Assembly: GCF_009914755.1 (NCBI RefSeq)
Contig: NC_060930.1
Origin: the human T2T-CHM13v2.0 reference genome, Homo sapiens
Strand: one strand, 5' to 3'
Length of the DNA stretch: 64,000 nt
Made by a program: the position numbers and the translations under genes. Below the pieces are notes generated by a model. It searched no databases and was not told the origin of the DNA. It was given only the letters and a program-made list of their open reading frames with translations. Positions 30,104 through 51,783 of this stretch are shown piece by piece. Numbering within the stretch: the stretch's first letter is position 1; the number at the start of each line of letters is the position of its first letter.

Positions 30104-32140
30104 TCCCACAAATTAGAAGCCTTGGCTCTTTCATCTTCTGTACCTTCAGGCAACACCCTTCCGTGTACATGTCCCTGGAGAGACCTAGAGGGGGACAGGT
30201 GAGGGCTGAGGGCAGGGAGAGCTGGTGACTGCAGCACAGCTGTGCTTATAAAGCAGGAGAGGTTGTTTTTAAGATTCTGCTTCTCTTTGGGATTCAGCAT
30301 CAACACTTGGCTCACAGGTAAGCGCTCCCTCTGAAGATCCCAAATGTTTTGCTGTTTTCAGTTTTCACCTGTCTTTTGATGGAGTTGAAGCCAGTTCCCT
30401 CCCTGGGATTAATATTCACAACAAGCAGCAAGCGATTAATTTAACCAGCTGAAATTTATTGTGCCTTCACCTTAACTCAAAGCCTGATTCTGCTGGGTGT
30501 TTAGTTTTCACTGTTGATGCATTGCAGATGACAGCCCCTAAGCATCTGAATTGAAAGCACACCATGCTACAGAGGTCCTGCCGCCCGCCTGCCTCTTACT
30601 CTGACCCCCTGAAATCTAGAGAGCTCTCTGAGTTCCACAGCATGTCTCACTCAGAAAAACCAATTCTTGACTGCTGGTCTCTAGGAACAGTTGGGATCCA
30701 AGAACCAGTTTAAGATTTGGGTTTCATGCCTGACTCATGGAACTGATGACTCATTTCATTTCAGGGGGCTTCAGTCAATGAATGCTGACTGGAACTTACA
30801 AGCACATCCAACCCCACTCGCTGCCTGCCACAGAAACAACCAGAGAGGCTGAGTGTCTCTCAGACTGAGCATGAAACACTCTCAGCTGCGTTCAGCCACA
30901 TTCGGGGTTGCACGTGTGCTACCGGGCATTGTGCGGCTCATCCCACCCCAAACCCTCTCCTACCTCACCTCGCTTCACCCCGCCCTGCTCCCCCGCCCTG
31001 CCAAGGGACTGTCTAGTGAGGACTCCAACTGTTGGTGTCTAACAAGGCAGAACAAAGGCCCGCGTGTTCATGGAGTTCCATTTGGAGTGCACAACAATTT
31101 CAGAGCACAAATGGAAAAAGAAAAAAAAAGAAGGTTGGAAATCTATAGCTGGCTTTTATCAAACCAGAACTTGTAGCTCTCGGCTGACAATCAGCCAGTA
31201 GCTAAAACCCATGAGGGACAGCTCTGACTTGCAGCTTCTGGCTGGCTATTAGCTACCAGCAGCCTTCTGACCCTTTTTCCAGGGAAGTAACAGCTGGCAG
31301 CTGACAAAGGCGCTGGCAGAGCGGGTAACTTTCGCTTCTCTGGGAATGGATCTAAGATTGGCAGGAAATAAGGCATTTAAAATATGACAATTATAAGCAT
31401 TTTCACTTGCCTTTTTTATTACGCTTTTGGATTCTGGCTCTGATTGCTAAAATGTATTATGTGCTAAGGAGTTTTGATGGCATTTTTTGGAGAAGTAGAT
31501 GTCCCAGCGCTTTCCCTGTCACTAACACCAGCCCAGAAAAAGGTGCATTCTATGAGTGTTTTCTACGTAGCCTTCTTGAAAACAATTCCTAGTAACGATC
31601 ATGATAGATTAATGGCCGTGAGATTACATGAGCTTAAGTGAAGTGCTGCCGGCTAATTAAAGCACAGCTTTGGCTCATTCGGGGCTGTTGGGCGGGGCCT
31701 TCTGTGGTGTTGCAGCAGTTGGGGAGAAAAGTAGACATTGGGATGAAGTGTAGATGGATTAACCAACAGTAGAATGAAGAACAATTTAGCCTCATTTCTC
31801 TCTTTTATGTACCACGCAGCCCTCCATTTTTTTTGTCACAAAGGGCAGAGGTAGGGGGGTTACAATAATGGGTCCTAGTAGAAGAGCCAATGATTGTGAG
31901 ACGTGATAACCACCCTTGCTCAAGAGGGTGGGAGGACACAGTGCGACGACTCCACACTTATGCCCCTTGGGTCCTAGCTGCTTTGTTGCTGTGACTCTTT
32001 TTGTAGGACATAGCACTTTGGGGTTGTAGCCATTACACTATCTGCAATATTGCTATTTTAATTTTGGTAATAATAATACAAGCTGCTTATTATAAAGGTT
32101 GACTTCTATTGAAAGTTTTAATTAAAATGTAGATGTTCAT

Positions 32141-32436
32141 CAGGGTGCAGGTGTTCATGCCTGTAGTCTCAACACTTTGGGAGGCTGAGGCAGGTGGATC
32201 ACTTGAGGCCAGGAGTTCGAGACCAGCCTGGCCAATATGGCAAAACCCTGTCTTTACTAAAAATACAAAACTCAGCTGGGTGTGGTGGTGCATGCCTGTA
32301 ATCTCAGCTACTCGGGAGCTGAGGCAGGAGAATCGCTTGGACCTGGGAGGCAGAGGTTGCAGTGAGCCAAGATCATGGCGCTGCACTCCACCCTGAGTCA
32401 CAGAGCGAGACTCTGTCTCAAAAAAAAAAAAAAAAA
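32141..32436 (+). mobile_element. Alu
   Basis: TSD aaaatgtagatgttca. Confidence 0.95.
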
Positions 32437-32536
32437 TGTAGATGTTCAAGGTAATGTTTGTCCAAAGAGCACCAGATAGGTGGAGGAGAAGAACACCAAG
32501 TGGCCAGTAGGACAGAGAAATTTATCCAAAAGTTCA

Positions 32537-32947
<411 letters not shown>

Positions 32948-33924
32948 TTATGTTCTTGCCTAAAAAAAAAAATCAATTTTAATAGGAAAGCTTATTTTTC
33001 AAGATGGTGGACTGGGCACATGGGTTTCTGCCACTCCCTCCCAAGGACCCATTAAAATGATAATGAACACATTTTAAAAGGGTATAACCCTATAACATGA
33101 AGAGAGTCGAGGAACAGGAATCAGTAGACTATGAGAGAAGGAGGATAAGAGAGAGGACAGTTGATTTTCCAAATAAGTCCTCCTGTACCATTTGCTTTTT
33201 TAATCATGTAGATATATCACTTTGATATACAAGATTTTTAAGTTGGAAGGGACCTTTGTTGCCTTGTTCCTACTCCAGCTTTTAATTAAGACCACATTTC
33301 CACCATTCTAAAGAGATGATCTGCGATCCTATTTTTAACAACACCCAGAGAAAGGCAACACAATCCTCTCCTGAACTGAGCTGTTTCATTGTCTGATAAT
33401 CCTCATGTTTTTGATTCACATTTTCCTTGCAGCCTGAAGGTGATCATGTACACCCAGGAGTAGCCCAGCTCTGTTCCATGAAATGAAACGTCCAGAGCTG
33501 TCCGCTTTATGTTTTATATGGCAACACATTTCTATGTGTGATTAAGAAACAAAACAACAAAGTGGGGAACGTACTAAGCTTATCAAAGTACAATAGTTGC
33601 TGCTTCACCAGAAAAACTAGTGCTTTCATTCTATTTCTGGCGCTGTTAGCCTGACCCTAGGGAACCAAAGACATTTTGCACTGAAATAAAGAATAACACT
33701 TAACAGCTATAGTCAAGCTCATGACAAAATTGTGAAATAGGCAAAGTTTTTTACTAGGATTTTCCCATCATCTCTGGCTGGGTGTTTCTCCTCTTACTGT
33801 CCCCTCGCTCAGCTCCAAGGCAACTATTGCTCTCTAGGTGCCAGGAAAACAAAACAAACTATTTTACACTAAAGTGTCATTGACTCCCTGTGAGTTCTAC
33901 CCCAAGGACATTTGTGTTCTATAT

Positions 33925-34655
33925 GAGTCTGTATGCAATCAAGAGAGAGAAACTATACAGTAGTTTGAACAGGGAAAGTGTAATATAAAGAATTACTCAT
34001 TATAACAGGAGACTAAAGTAACAAAGAATTGATTGGTAAGATGTAAAAAGAACTCTAAAGAATATCCGAATGGCAGCTATAAGGAGCAGCCACTACCTTT
34101 AGAGCTGAGATAGAGGCCAAGAAAGAGGCCCCCCAGGGCTGAGATCCAGACTTTTTGAAGGCTCAGCTCTGGCATAGGGGATGACAGAGAGAACAGAGAG
34201 GTGAAACTTCCTGGAAATCCATCCTCTAGGGTGTCCGGAAAAGCTGATCACAGGAAGATATTGTACCAGATGCATTCTGCAACAAAACCACCCAAGGTGA
34301 GTGAAGTGCCCAGGAAGCTGCTGGCCACTGGGTGCCTCTGGTCACCATGCATTATAGGAGCCAGGCATAGGAGAAGCAGCCTGTGCCACAGGAGCCTGCT
34401 AAGCTTCAGGTGTCTGCCAAGCAAGCATAAGGGAACCAGGACAGAAACCCCTTCCTCCTGCAGTGTCTCCCCAGACCCCTCTACTGAAGCCGCAAACCAC
34501 AGTATATATTTAAATGACTAAACATATATACACACAGCTTAACATTGTGCCAGATGCAAGAGAAAAATATCTGAAGGGCACAGCTCCATTTTTGAAGATC
34601 ATGCAATGAATGGTGAATTTAAAGTCAAGAGGCCACAAACTTATAACCAGCACAT
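33925..34655. mobile_element. Ancient LTR-like element (ERVL/MaLR, family uncertain)
   Basis: aatcaagagagagaaactatac...taatataaagaatt resembles old LTR termini. Confidence 0.35.
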
Positions 34656-34939
34656 ACTGTAAAAGAGAAAGAAAAGATCAAGGCAATGTTGAACCCAATG
34701 GGATGAATTTCTAATGGTAAAGTTCCAGAATAAGCAGGCTAGTGAAGGTATTTTGGAGATGAAGAGCTTTCTAATGGTCCACAAATCACACTATATAGAT
34801 GACATAAATGTATATCACAACTGATGGGATTATTAAATGCTGCTTCAAGGCAGGAAAGGGATGCTGTCAGGCCTTGAGCTCTTAGTTCAAGTTCACCTCC
34901 ATTCCTAGGTGTGTCTAGGACTGACTAGTTGCCACCAAT

Positions 34940-35315
34940 TCCATTTCTGCTTTCAAGCACACGAAGAGAAAATATTCCCCAGACTTCTTGCTGCTAGGTG
35001 GGGCATGCAACAAGTTCTGGTCAATTGGATTTGAGCAGAAAGCCATTTCCAGATCTGGCCCCTAAAACATCCCATTAGACCATCAGTTCACTGATGGCCA
35101 GATGAAGGTAGGGGATCCAGTAGAAGGCTCCAAAGGAGTTCTCGGGGATGGTGGTGCCCTAAGGTGAAAAAAGCCCAAGTGATAACTTAGAGGAGAGATA
35201 CTCTGGAGAGCTGCTCAAATCACACTGCACTAGAGTATGACTGAATTGTGTTAAGCCTCTGATATTACTGGAATTTTTATTACTGTAGCTAGTGTTAATT
35301 ACCCTGACTGATACA
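34940..35315 (+). mobile_element. Old MLT1-like LTR
   Basis: attcccagacttcttgctgctaggtggggcatg..aagttctggtcaat; 3' tgtgttaagcctctgata...actgataca. Confidence 0.55.
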
Positions 35316-37399
35316 CTGTGCAAATTAAGAGCCCTAGGACAGTCTCATTCTTAAGCTTAAATAGCAGAGAGATAGTACTCATTATTCCTTTAGTTTGAGC
35401 TTGTCAGAATGAGGAAGCTAGATCATACATTCTCTTTGGTTCTATGTATGTTAGGTGTGGGATGTCTGAGTCCCAAAGTAATTTACTGTGGCCCAGTGTG
35501 GAGGGCAAATCGTGGCAAACCGGTCACTGCACTGAATAGACAAAGACACTCTGAAAATAAAACATCAGGGCATGTTCTTCTCTCGCTTCTGGGAATTAGT
35601 TATTTGTATAAAGAGGCTTGACATGGAGGCACACAATAGAATGTGTGACGGAAGGGACCACTTTCCCTGTTAAAGCCCAGCCCCCACTCTGTCAGGTAGC
35701 TCCACCCGGGTCCACACTGTTTGCCCACTGGAAGAGCTTCCAAGGTCTGGGCTCTATTGTTCACTGATGAGCAGAAATAGACTTGGTCACATATAATGCA
35801 CAAATATTTTTAAAGTGCCTTATTTTTCATATTTAAATTATATTAAATGTATATTTATATTAAATATGTATATTAAATGACTATATACACACACATTTCC
35901 CTCCATTTTCCCCTTCAGATAACCTCCGAATATATATGGACTTTTTTGGGGTATGAATGGATGAAAAAGGAAAGATACTGCACATAGGTATCCTTCCAGG
36001 TCAAACGAGTGAGATCTACTTCTGCAGCCTCCTCTGATCTCACAGCTGTCAGGCTATAAAGTCAGCCAGAGAACATCTCTGAGACCTCAGCTGGGGAGAA
36101 GCTATCCCCTGACCGCTGAGATTCAAGACCCTCTGGAGAACTGCCCTGACCCTCAGGTGGTTTCTTTATGTGACGCCCACAGAGTTAGCACGGATTTCCT
36201 GAAGGTCTGCATCCTGTGATCCAACACCTCGTGAGTAAATCATTTTTAACAGCAGCATGGCACAATATAAAGTTTATGGAGGATGGACGTAAATTTGGTT
36301 CTGGAAAAAGCATGGTTCCCTGTGGTGACAGGCAGCTGGGCTGGTGTGCTCAAACACCCCCTTTATTGGATCGCAAATGATATCAGCTGGAGGCCTTGCT
36401 AGCCCCTAACAGAACACACAAAACAAGGATCTGAGAGAGAGAGAGCCAGTCCCATGCTAGCACCTAGGATCCCAAATCCAAACTTGGAGCTGCTTTTCCT
36501 ACTATGGAATGTGCTCAGTATAGGAAATCTGTTACACTGAAGGCAGCACCCTCTAACTCCCTTTTTGGAGGTTTTAGTCAATTCCAGAGAAACCAGGGTT
36601 AGAAAGAAGGAGGCTGGAGGGGGAAGCGAGAGAGAGAAAGAGAGAGAGAGAATTTTATTCTCCTGTCTATTGACACATGAGTATGTGGTTCTACTTTAGA
36701 ATTCTGTTTTGGGATGGAGAATCTCCAAAAGAACTCACTAAATCAAACATTTTTAGGGGCTTTTTACACTGAAATCAATATCAGCGCCCCCACTCTCGAT
36801 GTGCCCCGGGATGTGCCACAGGATCCACACCTCCAGCTTCGTCTTTGACTTAGTGAGATTGCACACATTGATGTATGTGCACGAAAGGGACCCTGAAGTC
36901 TACAGGGTTAAGGACTTCTCACACACTGAAGTCCCAAACCACAGGAGCCTTGGCAGGTTTCCTTGTGGCACCTGCCAGGCTGCCCATGTTATAAATCATT
37001 ACTTCCCAGGAAAGAGTGGATGTTGGCCTTGGAAGCCTGAAGGCGAGGCCGCGTCGGGGTGGTGGTGGGTGGAGTTTGGAGGAAGGAGTGTCATCTTGAG
37101 GAAATGTAAATTGATACTCTTGGGTTAGACCTGGAACATCTCTCTCAAAAAGCCAGGGCAGCAGGGGTCCCCAGGGAAGCCAGCACAATAAAGGGAGAGC
37201 TGTGGACCCAATGCGGCCTCAGAGAAAGCTGAGGGCCACCTGGGGCAATGACCCCTGCTCTTGTGAAGACCTGGAATACTAATGTTGCTTTGGCTCCTTC
37301 AATCTTGAGAACAGAGCGGGCAAAGTCCTTCAAGGAGTGATTTATGGCCAGGAAAGGTTTCTGGAGAAACCGAGCCCTGTTGGTGGAGGCAGCACAGTG

Positions 37400-38200
37400 C
37401 AGAGGTGAGGAGGGTGGGTTCTGGCACTGGGCTGGCTGCACTCAATTTCTGGCTTCTCCACTTATTAGCTGCGTGACCTTAGGCAAGTCACTCAGACACC
37501 TTTCCCAGTTCTCCCAACTATGAAATGAGGATAATAGGCCTTAATGTGAGCAACTGGTTAGAACAGAACCTGGCATATGCAGGGGAACTTAGTAGTCTAA
37601 GCACTACACAGAGGAGGACAAAAGAGGAGATGAAAGTCCCTCTGCTCCCCTACGCTTGTGGCTACCTGATGCTTCCTAAACAGAGAAATGCTAAGGCCAG
37701 GCACGAGGGCCAGGCATATAGACAGAAATGCAGCATTCAGACTTCGCTGGATTCCTCCCTTTCACGCAGGGAAGAACTCTGGGCAGGGAGTCAAAGGACT
37801 TGCCTTTTATCTCAGCCCTGTCACAGGGACCACAGACCACACACCCCCAATCTTCCAGCCTTCCATTTATGCATAGACTCCTGCAGCAGTGGAGTGAGGT
37901 CTTGAAGTTAATCTAGTTCATATTGATTATGTGGATAATAGCAGTAACAACCACTGTATCAGCATTTATTAAGAGTTTCTTGTGTCAGACACTAGACCTG
38001 TGTTATAAGTGCCTTATGAGAATTGGCTCAATGTTACCTTCTGATATGAGTGAGTACTCTTACAGCCATTTTACAGATGGGAAAACTGAGGAAGAGAGAA
38101 GTTAAATGCCAAATTTTATACACATTAGCTCATCAAATTAATACACATGAGACAGGTATTTCAATTTACAGATGAAAAACTGAGGCTCAGAGAAGTTAAA
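37400..38200. mobile_element. MIR fragments (+ at ~37400-37585, - at ~37940-38200)
   Basis: ccacttattagctgcgtgaccttaggcaagtcact; cattttacagatgggaaaactgagg. Confidence 0.7.
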
Positions 38201-38295
38201 CATTCTACCAGACCCTTAAAGAGGGAGGAGACTTACATTTAAGTTTGTATACATTTTCTGTTAATATGAGTAGTCTCTATTTTATTTTTTGTTGA

Positions 38296-38628
<333 letters not shown>

Positions 38629-39283
38629 CAGTTGTGCACTAGTCTTAAGTGTATAGCTCAGTGGAATTTTACTTACATATATACCAATGTAACCACTAAT
38701 CTGATCAAGATTTAGAACATTTTCTCCACTCTGGAAGGTTCCCCTGTGTCCCCTCCCAGTGCCTACCTCTGGACCCTAAGATAATCACTAGCTTGGCTTC
38801 TGTCACCATTGTGACATTGTTTGTTTCTGGACTTCATACAAATGGAATCAGACAGAATGTGCTCTTCTATGTCTCCTTCTTTCTGTGTCTCAAATTATAA
38901 TTCTGAGATTTCATCCATATTATGACTTGTATCAATAGTTTGTTCCTTTTTATTGCTGTGTAATATATTCCACAGTATAAATTTATGCACAATTCATTGA
39001 CTCATTCTTCTGTTGACGAACATTTGGGTTGTTTCCAGTTTTGGACTGTTATGAATATACTTATTCTGAATATTCATGTACAAGTCTTTTTGTAAGCATA
39101 TGTACTGTTTTCTCTTGGATGTATACCTGGGAGTGGAGTTGATGGGACATAGGGTAGTAAGTGTATGCTTAACTTTACTGCCAGTTTTCCAAAGTGGTGA
39201 GAGAAATTTATACTCTCATTGAAAATGAATGACCTTTTAGTTGCTCCACATCCTTGTCCAAGCAAGGTCATTCGTTTTGCTGA

Positions 39284-39719
<436 letters not shown>

Positions 39720-39880
39720 ATCTTTTGCCGATTTTTAAATGAATTGTCCTTTTCTTATAGATTTATAGTTCTTAATATACTCCGGGTATGAGTATTTTGT
39801 AAGAAATATGTATTGCAAATATCTTGCCAAGCCTGTGACTTACCTATTCACTTGCTTAATGATGTTTTTGATTAACATAC

Positions 39881-43344
<3,464 letters not shown>

Positions 43345-43710
43345 TGAAAAGGTCCAATTTACCATGTTTTACTTTTACGGTGAAATATTTTAAAGAAATC
43401 TCTGCCTACTCCAAGGACATGAAGATATTCCACTGTTTTTCACTAGAGGCCTATTGTTTTACCTTTTGCATTTAAGAATATGACTTAAGCTCAAATTAAT
43501 TTTTGTGTATGTTGTAAAATAAGTGTGAAAAATTTTTTTTCAACATGGTATGTAAATGACTTGACACCATATATTGAAAAGACTGTTTTCCTGTTGGATT
43601 GCAGTGGTCCCTTTGTTGCAAATCAAACGACTATATATATATGTGGGTCTATTTCTGGAGTCTTTATTCTGTTCCATTGGTCTATGTGTTTATCCTTGTC
43701 TCAATAGTAC

Positions 43711-44007
43711 TTTTTTTTTTTTTAAATGGAGTCTCGCTCTGTTGCCCAGGCTGAAGTGCAGTGGCACAATCTCAACTCACTGCAACCTTGGCCTCCTGGG
43801 TTCAAGCAATTCTCTCTGCCTCAGCCTCCCTAGTAGCTGGGATTACAGGCATGCGTCACCACACCGGGCTAATTTTTTGTATTTTTAGTAGAAACAGGGT
43901 TTCACCATGTTAGCCAGGCTGGTCTCGAACTCCTGACCTCAGGTGATCCGCCTGCCTAGACCTCTCAAAGTGCTGGGATTACAAGGCATGAGCCACCGCA
44001 TCTGGCC
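43711..44007 (-). mobile_element. AluS
   Basis: TSD aatagtacttt. Confidence 0.95.
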
Positions 44008-44299
44008 AATAGTACTTTGTCTTACAGTTTTATCGTGAATCTTCAAATCTGGTAGTATAAGTCCTCCAAATTTGCTATTCTTCAAAATGGTTTTGGCTAA
44101 GTTTTTTTAATTTCCTTATAAAAATGTAAGAATCTCGTCAATTTTTACAAAAACTTCTGCTAAGATTTTGACTCTTTAGGTCAATTTAGAGAGGGCTGAC
44201 ATCTTAATAGTAGAAAGTATTACAATCCATGAAGATGGAATATCTCTTCTCAATTACATAGTTTGATAACAATAATTTGGGTAAAACTTTAGTTATTTT

Positions 44300-45175
<876 letters not shown>

Positions 45176-45204
45176 ATAGTTTTAAAGTAATGTTGTCTGT
45201 AATC

Positions 45205-45632
45205 TATTTTTATGGAATGAATCGTGTATCTTCCCCCTGCCCCACACAAATTCATATACTGAAGCTCTAACCTCCAATACCTCAGAATGTGATTGTTATT
45301 TGGAGATAAGGCCTTTAAAGAGGTACTGTCATTAAGTTAAAACGAGGCCTTTAGGGTGAGCCTTAATCCAATCTGATAGTGTCTGCTGTTATAAGAAGAG
45401 GAGATTAGGATAGACAGACAGTGGGGATGTGTGTGATCAGAGGAAAGGCCACCTGAGGGAGGACACAGGGAGAAGGTGGCCATATTTAAGCCAGGAGGAC
45501 AGGCCTTAGAAGAAACCAGACCTGCTGACACCTTGATCTTGGACTTGTAGCCTCCAGAACTGTGAGAAATTTCTGTTGTTTAAGCCACCCAGTCTGTGGT
45601 ACTTTGTTATGGCAGTCCTAGCAAACTAATAC
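45205..45632 (+). mobile_element. MLT1B/C-type solo LTR
   Basis: cctcagaatgtgattgttatttggagataagg...tttgttatggcagtcctagcaaactaataca. Confidence 0.85.
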
Positions 45633-45752
45633 ATTTGTGTTGATTTTTATATTCTTCAGTGCCACATTTAGTCTAAAACTCTAAAAGCATAGCAACTTCC
45701 CACGTCTACAGAGAAGTCAGACCAGGCTGTTTTCAGCACGTGAAGAGCTGTC

Positions 45753-46076
<324 letters not shown>

Positions 46077-46708
46077 TGAAAACATTTTGATGGTAAGCAG
46101 CACTTTGGAATTCCTGAGGTTGTTTTTCTTTTTCTTTAAAAAATTCTAGACAAATGAGATTTTCTAAATTTGGTGGGGGTGGGGGTGATGTTAAGGATAA
46201 TTACTGAAAAAATCAAAAATTTAAATAGTATTGTCAATAATTCTCAAGATAAAAATTCTCAAGCTAAATCTCATAAAGTAATTATAAAAAATCTTTGATT
46301 CTGTTTAATTAAAAAACATGTTTCTATGTATATTAATGCTTTATAGTTCAATAAAAAGTTCAAAAATAAAATGAAAATAGATAAAAATTACTGGAAGACA
46401 CCATGAATCTAATTTTAGGTTGTACTTTTAAAAATTTAAATCTTTTAAGGAACTATGGTAATTGCTGTATTTTTTTTCTTTTGGAATAAAACAGTGAGAA
46501 ATAAGTGAATCTCTTTAAATTCCAATTATGAATGAACACAAAGGAAGGTGTGAATGGCATATTAACAAGAGCATGTGAGGGAGTCATGACTTGGTTTTCT
46601 AACTTAGGGTAATGTGTGTTTCACAGGAAAACTGAAGAGCTGTGCTGCTGCAAAGCAGTTTTGAAATCTACTTAATAAACTCCATATTATAAATAGACAT
46701 TTGATTTC

Positions 46709-47335
<627 letters not shown>

Positions 47336-47552
47336 CTATTGGTTTCCTCTAAACCAAATATGAAAGTTGACTCCTAAAATTCATTTTTGGTGAGGATCAT
47401 CTCAACACAACAATGAGGAAGAGTAACTCTGTATTTGGTAATTTCCCCAGTGTCACAGAAGCAGGGGTTCAAACCAACTCTTCTTTCTGGCACCAAAGCC
47501 TGTGCCCTTCACCACTACGGTAGATGAGATTGAAAGACTTGGTCGTGACTCT

Positions 47553-48015
47553 TCACTCCCCTTTGTCATAACATTGCAGAGCCCACCCTTCAAGTACAGG
47601 GAATATGTCCTGACCTATTGATGTGTGCTTGGCCACATTATTAGAATGGCCAATGGAATTTGAGACATCGCGATGCACTCTGAGGTCTTGAAAGTTTGAA
47701 AGGCTTAACTTAGCTCTGAGGGCTTCTGTGATAGCCATAAGACACGAATTTCCCAGGAAGCCACTGCCCCCTTCAGCCTGGGCCCAGAATAAACACTGTG
47801 AAACAGACCTGAACTTGACCTGAAGCCTGCAGCCAAGTTCTGCCGTGGGCAAATTGGAACTCTGAGCCTGGAGTCCAGTCAAGTACAGCAGGGTCCTGGT
47901 CTACCTGCAGACCCATGAGAAAAAAAAAAAAAAATCCAACTTGTCATTTTAAGCCGTTAAGTTTTGGAATAATTTCTGTAAGCCTAGCATTATTGTAGCA
48001 ATAGTCAAATGATAA
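47553..48015 (+). mobile_element. Old MLT1-like LTR
   Basis: cccttcagcctgggcccagaat...ttttaagccgttaagttttgg...gcattattgtagcaatag. Confidence 0.6.
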
Positions 48016-48189
48016 ACCACTACTTGACATATTCAAAATATGGTCCTTGGACACTGGTATCAAAATCATCTGGAACTTATTAAAAATGAAGATTATAGGA
48101 AGATGATTACTCACTTACACTAAGGAGTTTAATGGAACAAGTCAGCAGGAGATACTAAATTTAATAATATATTAAAATTAATATGGAAG

Positions 48190-48660
48190 CAATTCCACTT
48201 CTAGATATTTCTCCAAGGGAAAGCCTTACAGATGTCCATAAAAAGGGCAAGGATGTAACGTTGTTTGTAACACTGAAAATCTGGAAATAACCTAAATATC
48301 CATCAACAGAAGAATGGTTAAATGATGCCATTTCCACCTTATGGCATACTAATAAATATTATTTGTTAAAAAGAAGCGAGAAAAATTCTCTGAGTCATAC
48401 TGTTTGATGAAAAGTCAAGATGCAGAACAATATGTGCAGTAAGATTTCATTTATGTAAAGGAAAGGCATGTCTATGTAAATGTATTTAAAAAAAGATACA
48501 AACCAAGATACAAACCAAGTTGATAAGTGATTACCTTTGGTAAGGTATGATGTTGAGAAGTGTGTGTGGGGGGTCACTGCTTTATCTGTAGTGTTTATTG
48601 TTTTTACACTGACTAGGTTGTACACATATATTACTGTGCCATTAAGAAGAAAAATATTAT
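48190..48660 (+). mobile_element. Ancient L1M 3' fragment
   Basis: gcaattccacttctag...cctaaatatccatcaacagaagaatggttaaat. Confidence 0.65.
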
Positions 48661-48677
48661 GTATTTAATGTAGCTGA

Positions 48678-48964
<287 letters not shown>

Positions 48965-49211
48965 TAAATCTGGATTTTTAGGTTTCACCCCAAATCAGAA
49001 GAGTCTAGGAATCTGCATTTAACTAAATTTTCAGCCCCTGCCCTCTCAGTTGCTTGAGTCAGCAGCAAGCTCAGGAGGAAGCAGCCAGCCAGGGGAAGAG
49101 CTGGAAATGTGATGTGGCCTGGGCAAAAGGCACACTGCAGGATTTCCCCTGTGTGGGGGAGGCAGTGGAGAATTCTGCCTGAGGGTTTTCGGTTTTAAGA
49201 AAACCAAACGA

Positions 49212-49512
<301 letters not shown>

Positions 49513-50424
49513 TTAATGGCTAGGTTGCCCTCTACAGGGCATCGCCATCCCACCCTGGTCCCATCCCACCCCTGGGGGAGTTTATCTGAATCTTGGAAGG
49601 GTAAGACGAGGTACTTGAGATAGTTGCATTTATCAAAAGAGGGCATGAGAATCAAGGTGGGGCATCCTAAAGTGTGGCCAGCCCAGGGAGAGGGCACTGG
49701 ACACCATTCCACGTGGAGACATTCTGACAAGGATGAGGTAGGGGACAGGAATAAAGCTAGTGGGAGTTTTCAGTATATTTTCTGAACAGCTTCATCTACA
49801 AAACCAGGGGCTTGCCCTGAAAAACAGTCCCTCATACCCTGTAAGTCTGTGATCTTCTGGGACTCTCTGCTGGAGGTCAGGCTCATCAAACCCAACAGGG
49901 TGGCACCTCCTTGAAGTGCTGGTGTGAAGGCCCAGGCCCTGCAGCCTCAAATCAAGTAGGGGAAGAGCTGAGAGCTGGGCAGACTCACCTGGTGTGACAG
50001 GAGTCAGGTCCCCAGATCCCCAGTCCAGTTTCATGGCTGTTCCCAGCTCACAAGTCCCTGTTGTATCAGCGACTTGCTTTCTCAGCAGTTGAGTCATGCC
50101 AAGTCCGCCTGACCTGCCTGGTTGGCTTCTCCAACAGCTGAAGGCCCCATGCTGAGGCTGCCCTGCTGCCCTGCCTGGAGAGGAGGATCTGCACCCGTGC
50201 CCTGGAGTGTCTGCTCACCAGCCCCCTTCTGTGTCCCTCCTTGCCAGCAGGGGCAGACTGTGAGATGGTTGACAGGGATGCCCAGAACAGAGTTGAGGGC
50301 AGGAGCCTTCCATGGCTGGGCCACTGGGGCTGTGGCAAGAGGGACTCAAAAGGAACCCTAAGTATGCCATGCAATTGTTCTGCTGCCAGAAGTTTCCAGC
50401 AGGAGGCAAATGAGAGGAGAAAAG

Positions 50425-51250
<826 letters not shown>

Positions 51251-51345
51251 TGTTCAATGACAAATTCATGACCTTCTGCCTGAGAAAGCCTTATTCAGTA
51301 AGTCTGGGAGGGGCTGAGAAACCTGCATTTTTCTTTTTTTTTTCA

Positions 51346-51446
51346 TGTCAGATAGGTAATGTGCAGACATGGTAACAAGGTTCAAGGGTGACACATCTCA
51401 CACATATGCATAAACATCCAATTGTCATGTTTAAGAACTAAAGGAT
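51346..51446 (-). pseudogene. U13 (SNORD13) snoRNA retropseudogene
   Basis: Reverse complement atcctttagttc...gtgtgagatgtgtcacccttgaaccttgttac...gcacattacctatctgac matches recalled U13; poly-A tail; TSD AAACCTGCATTTT at 51319-51331 and 51449-51461. Confidence 0.9.
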
Positions 51447-51476
51447 CAAAACCTGCATTTTAAAAGATTCTCTTAG

Positions 51477-51783
<307 letters not shown>

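Noticed and set aside
48493-48519. Short tandem duplications (aagatacaaacc x2; also gcccctcagt x2 near 17410)
   Set aside because: Ordinary slippage products with no further structure.
49139-49149. NF-kB site GGATTTCCCC
   Set aside because: One mismatch to GGGRNWYYCC and expected by chance in 64 kb.
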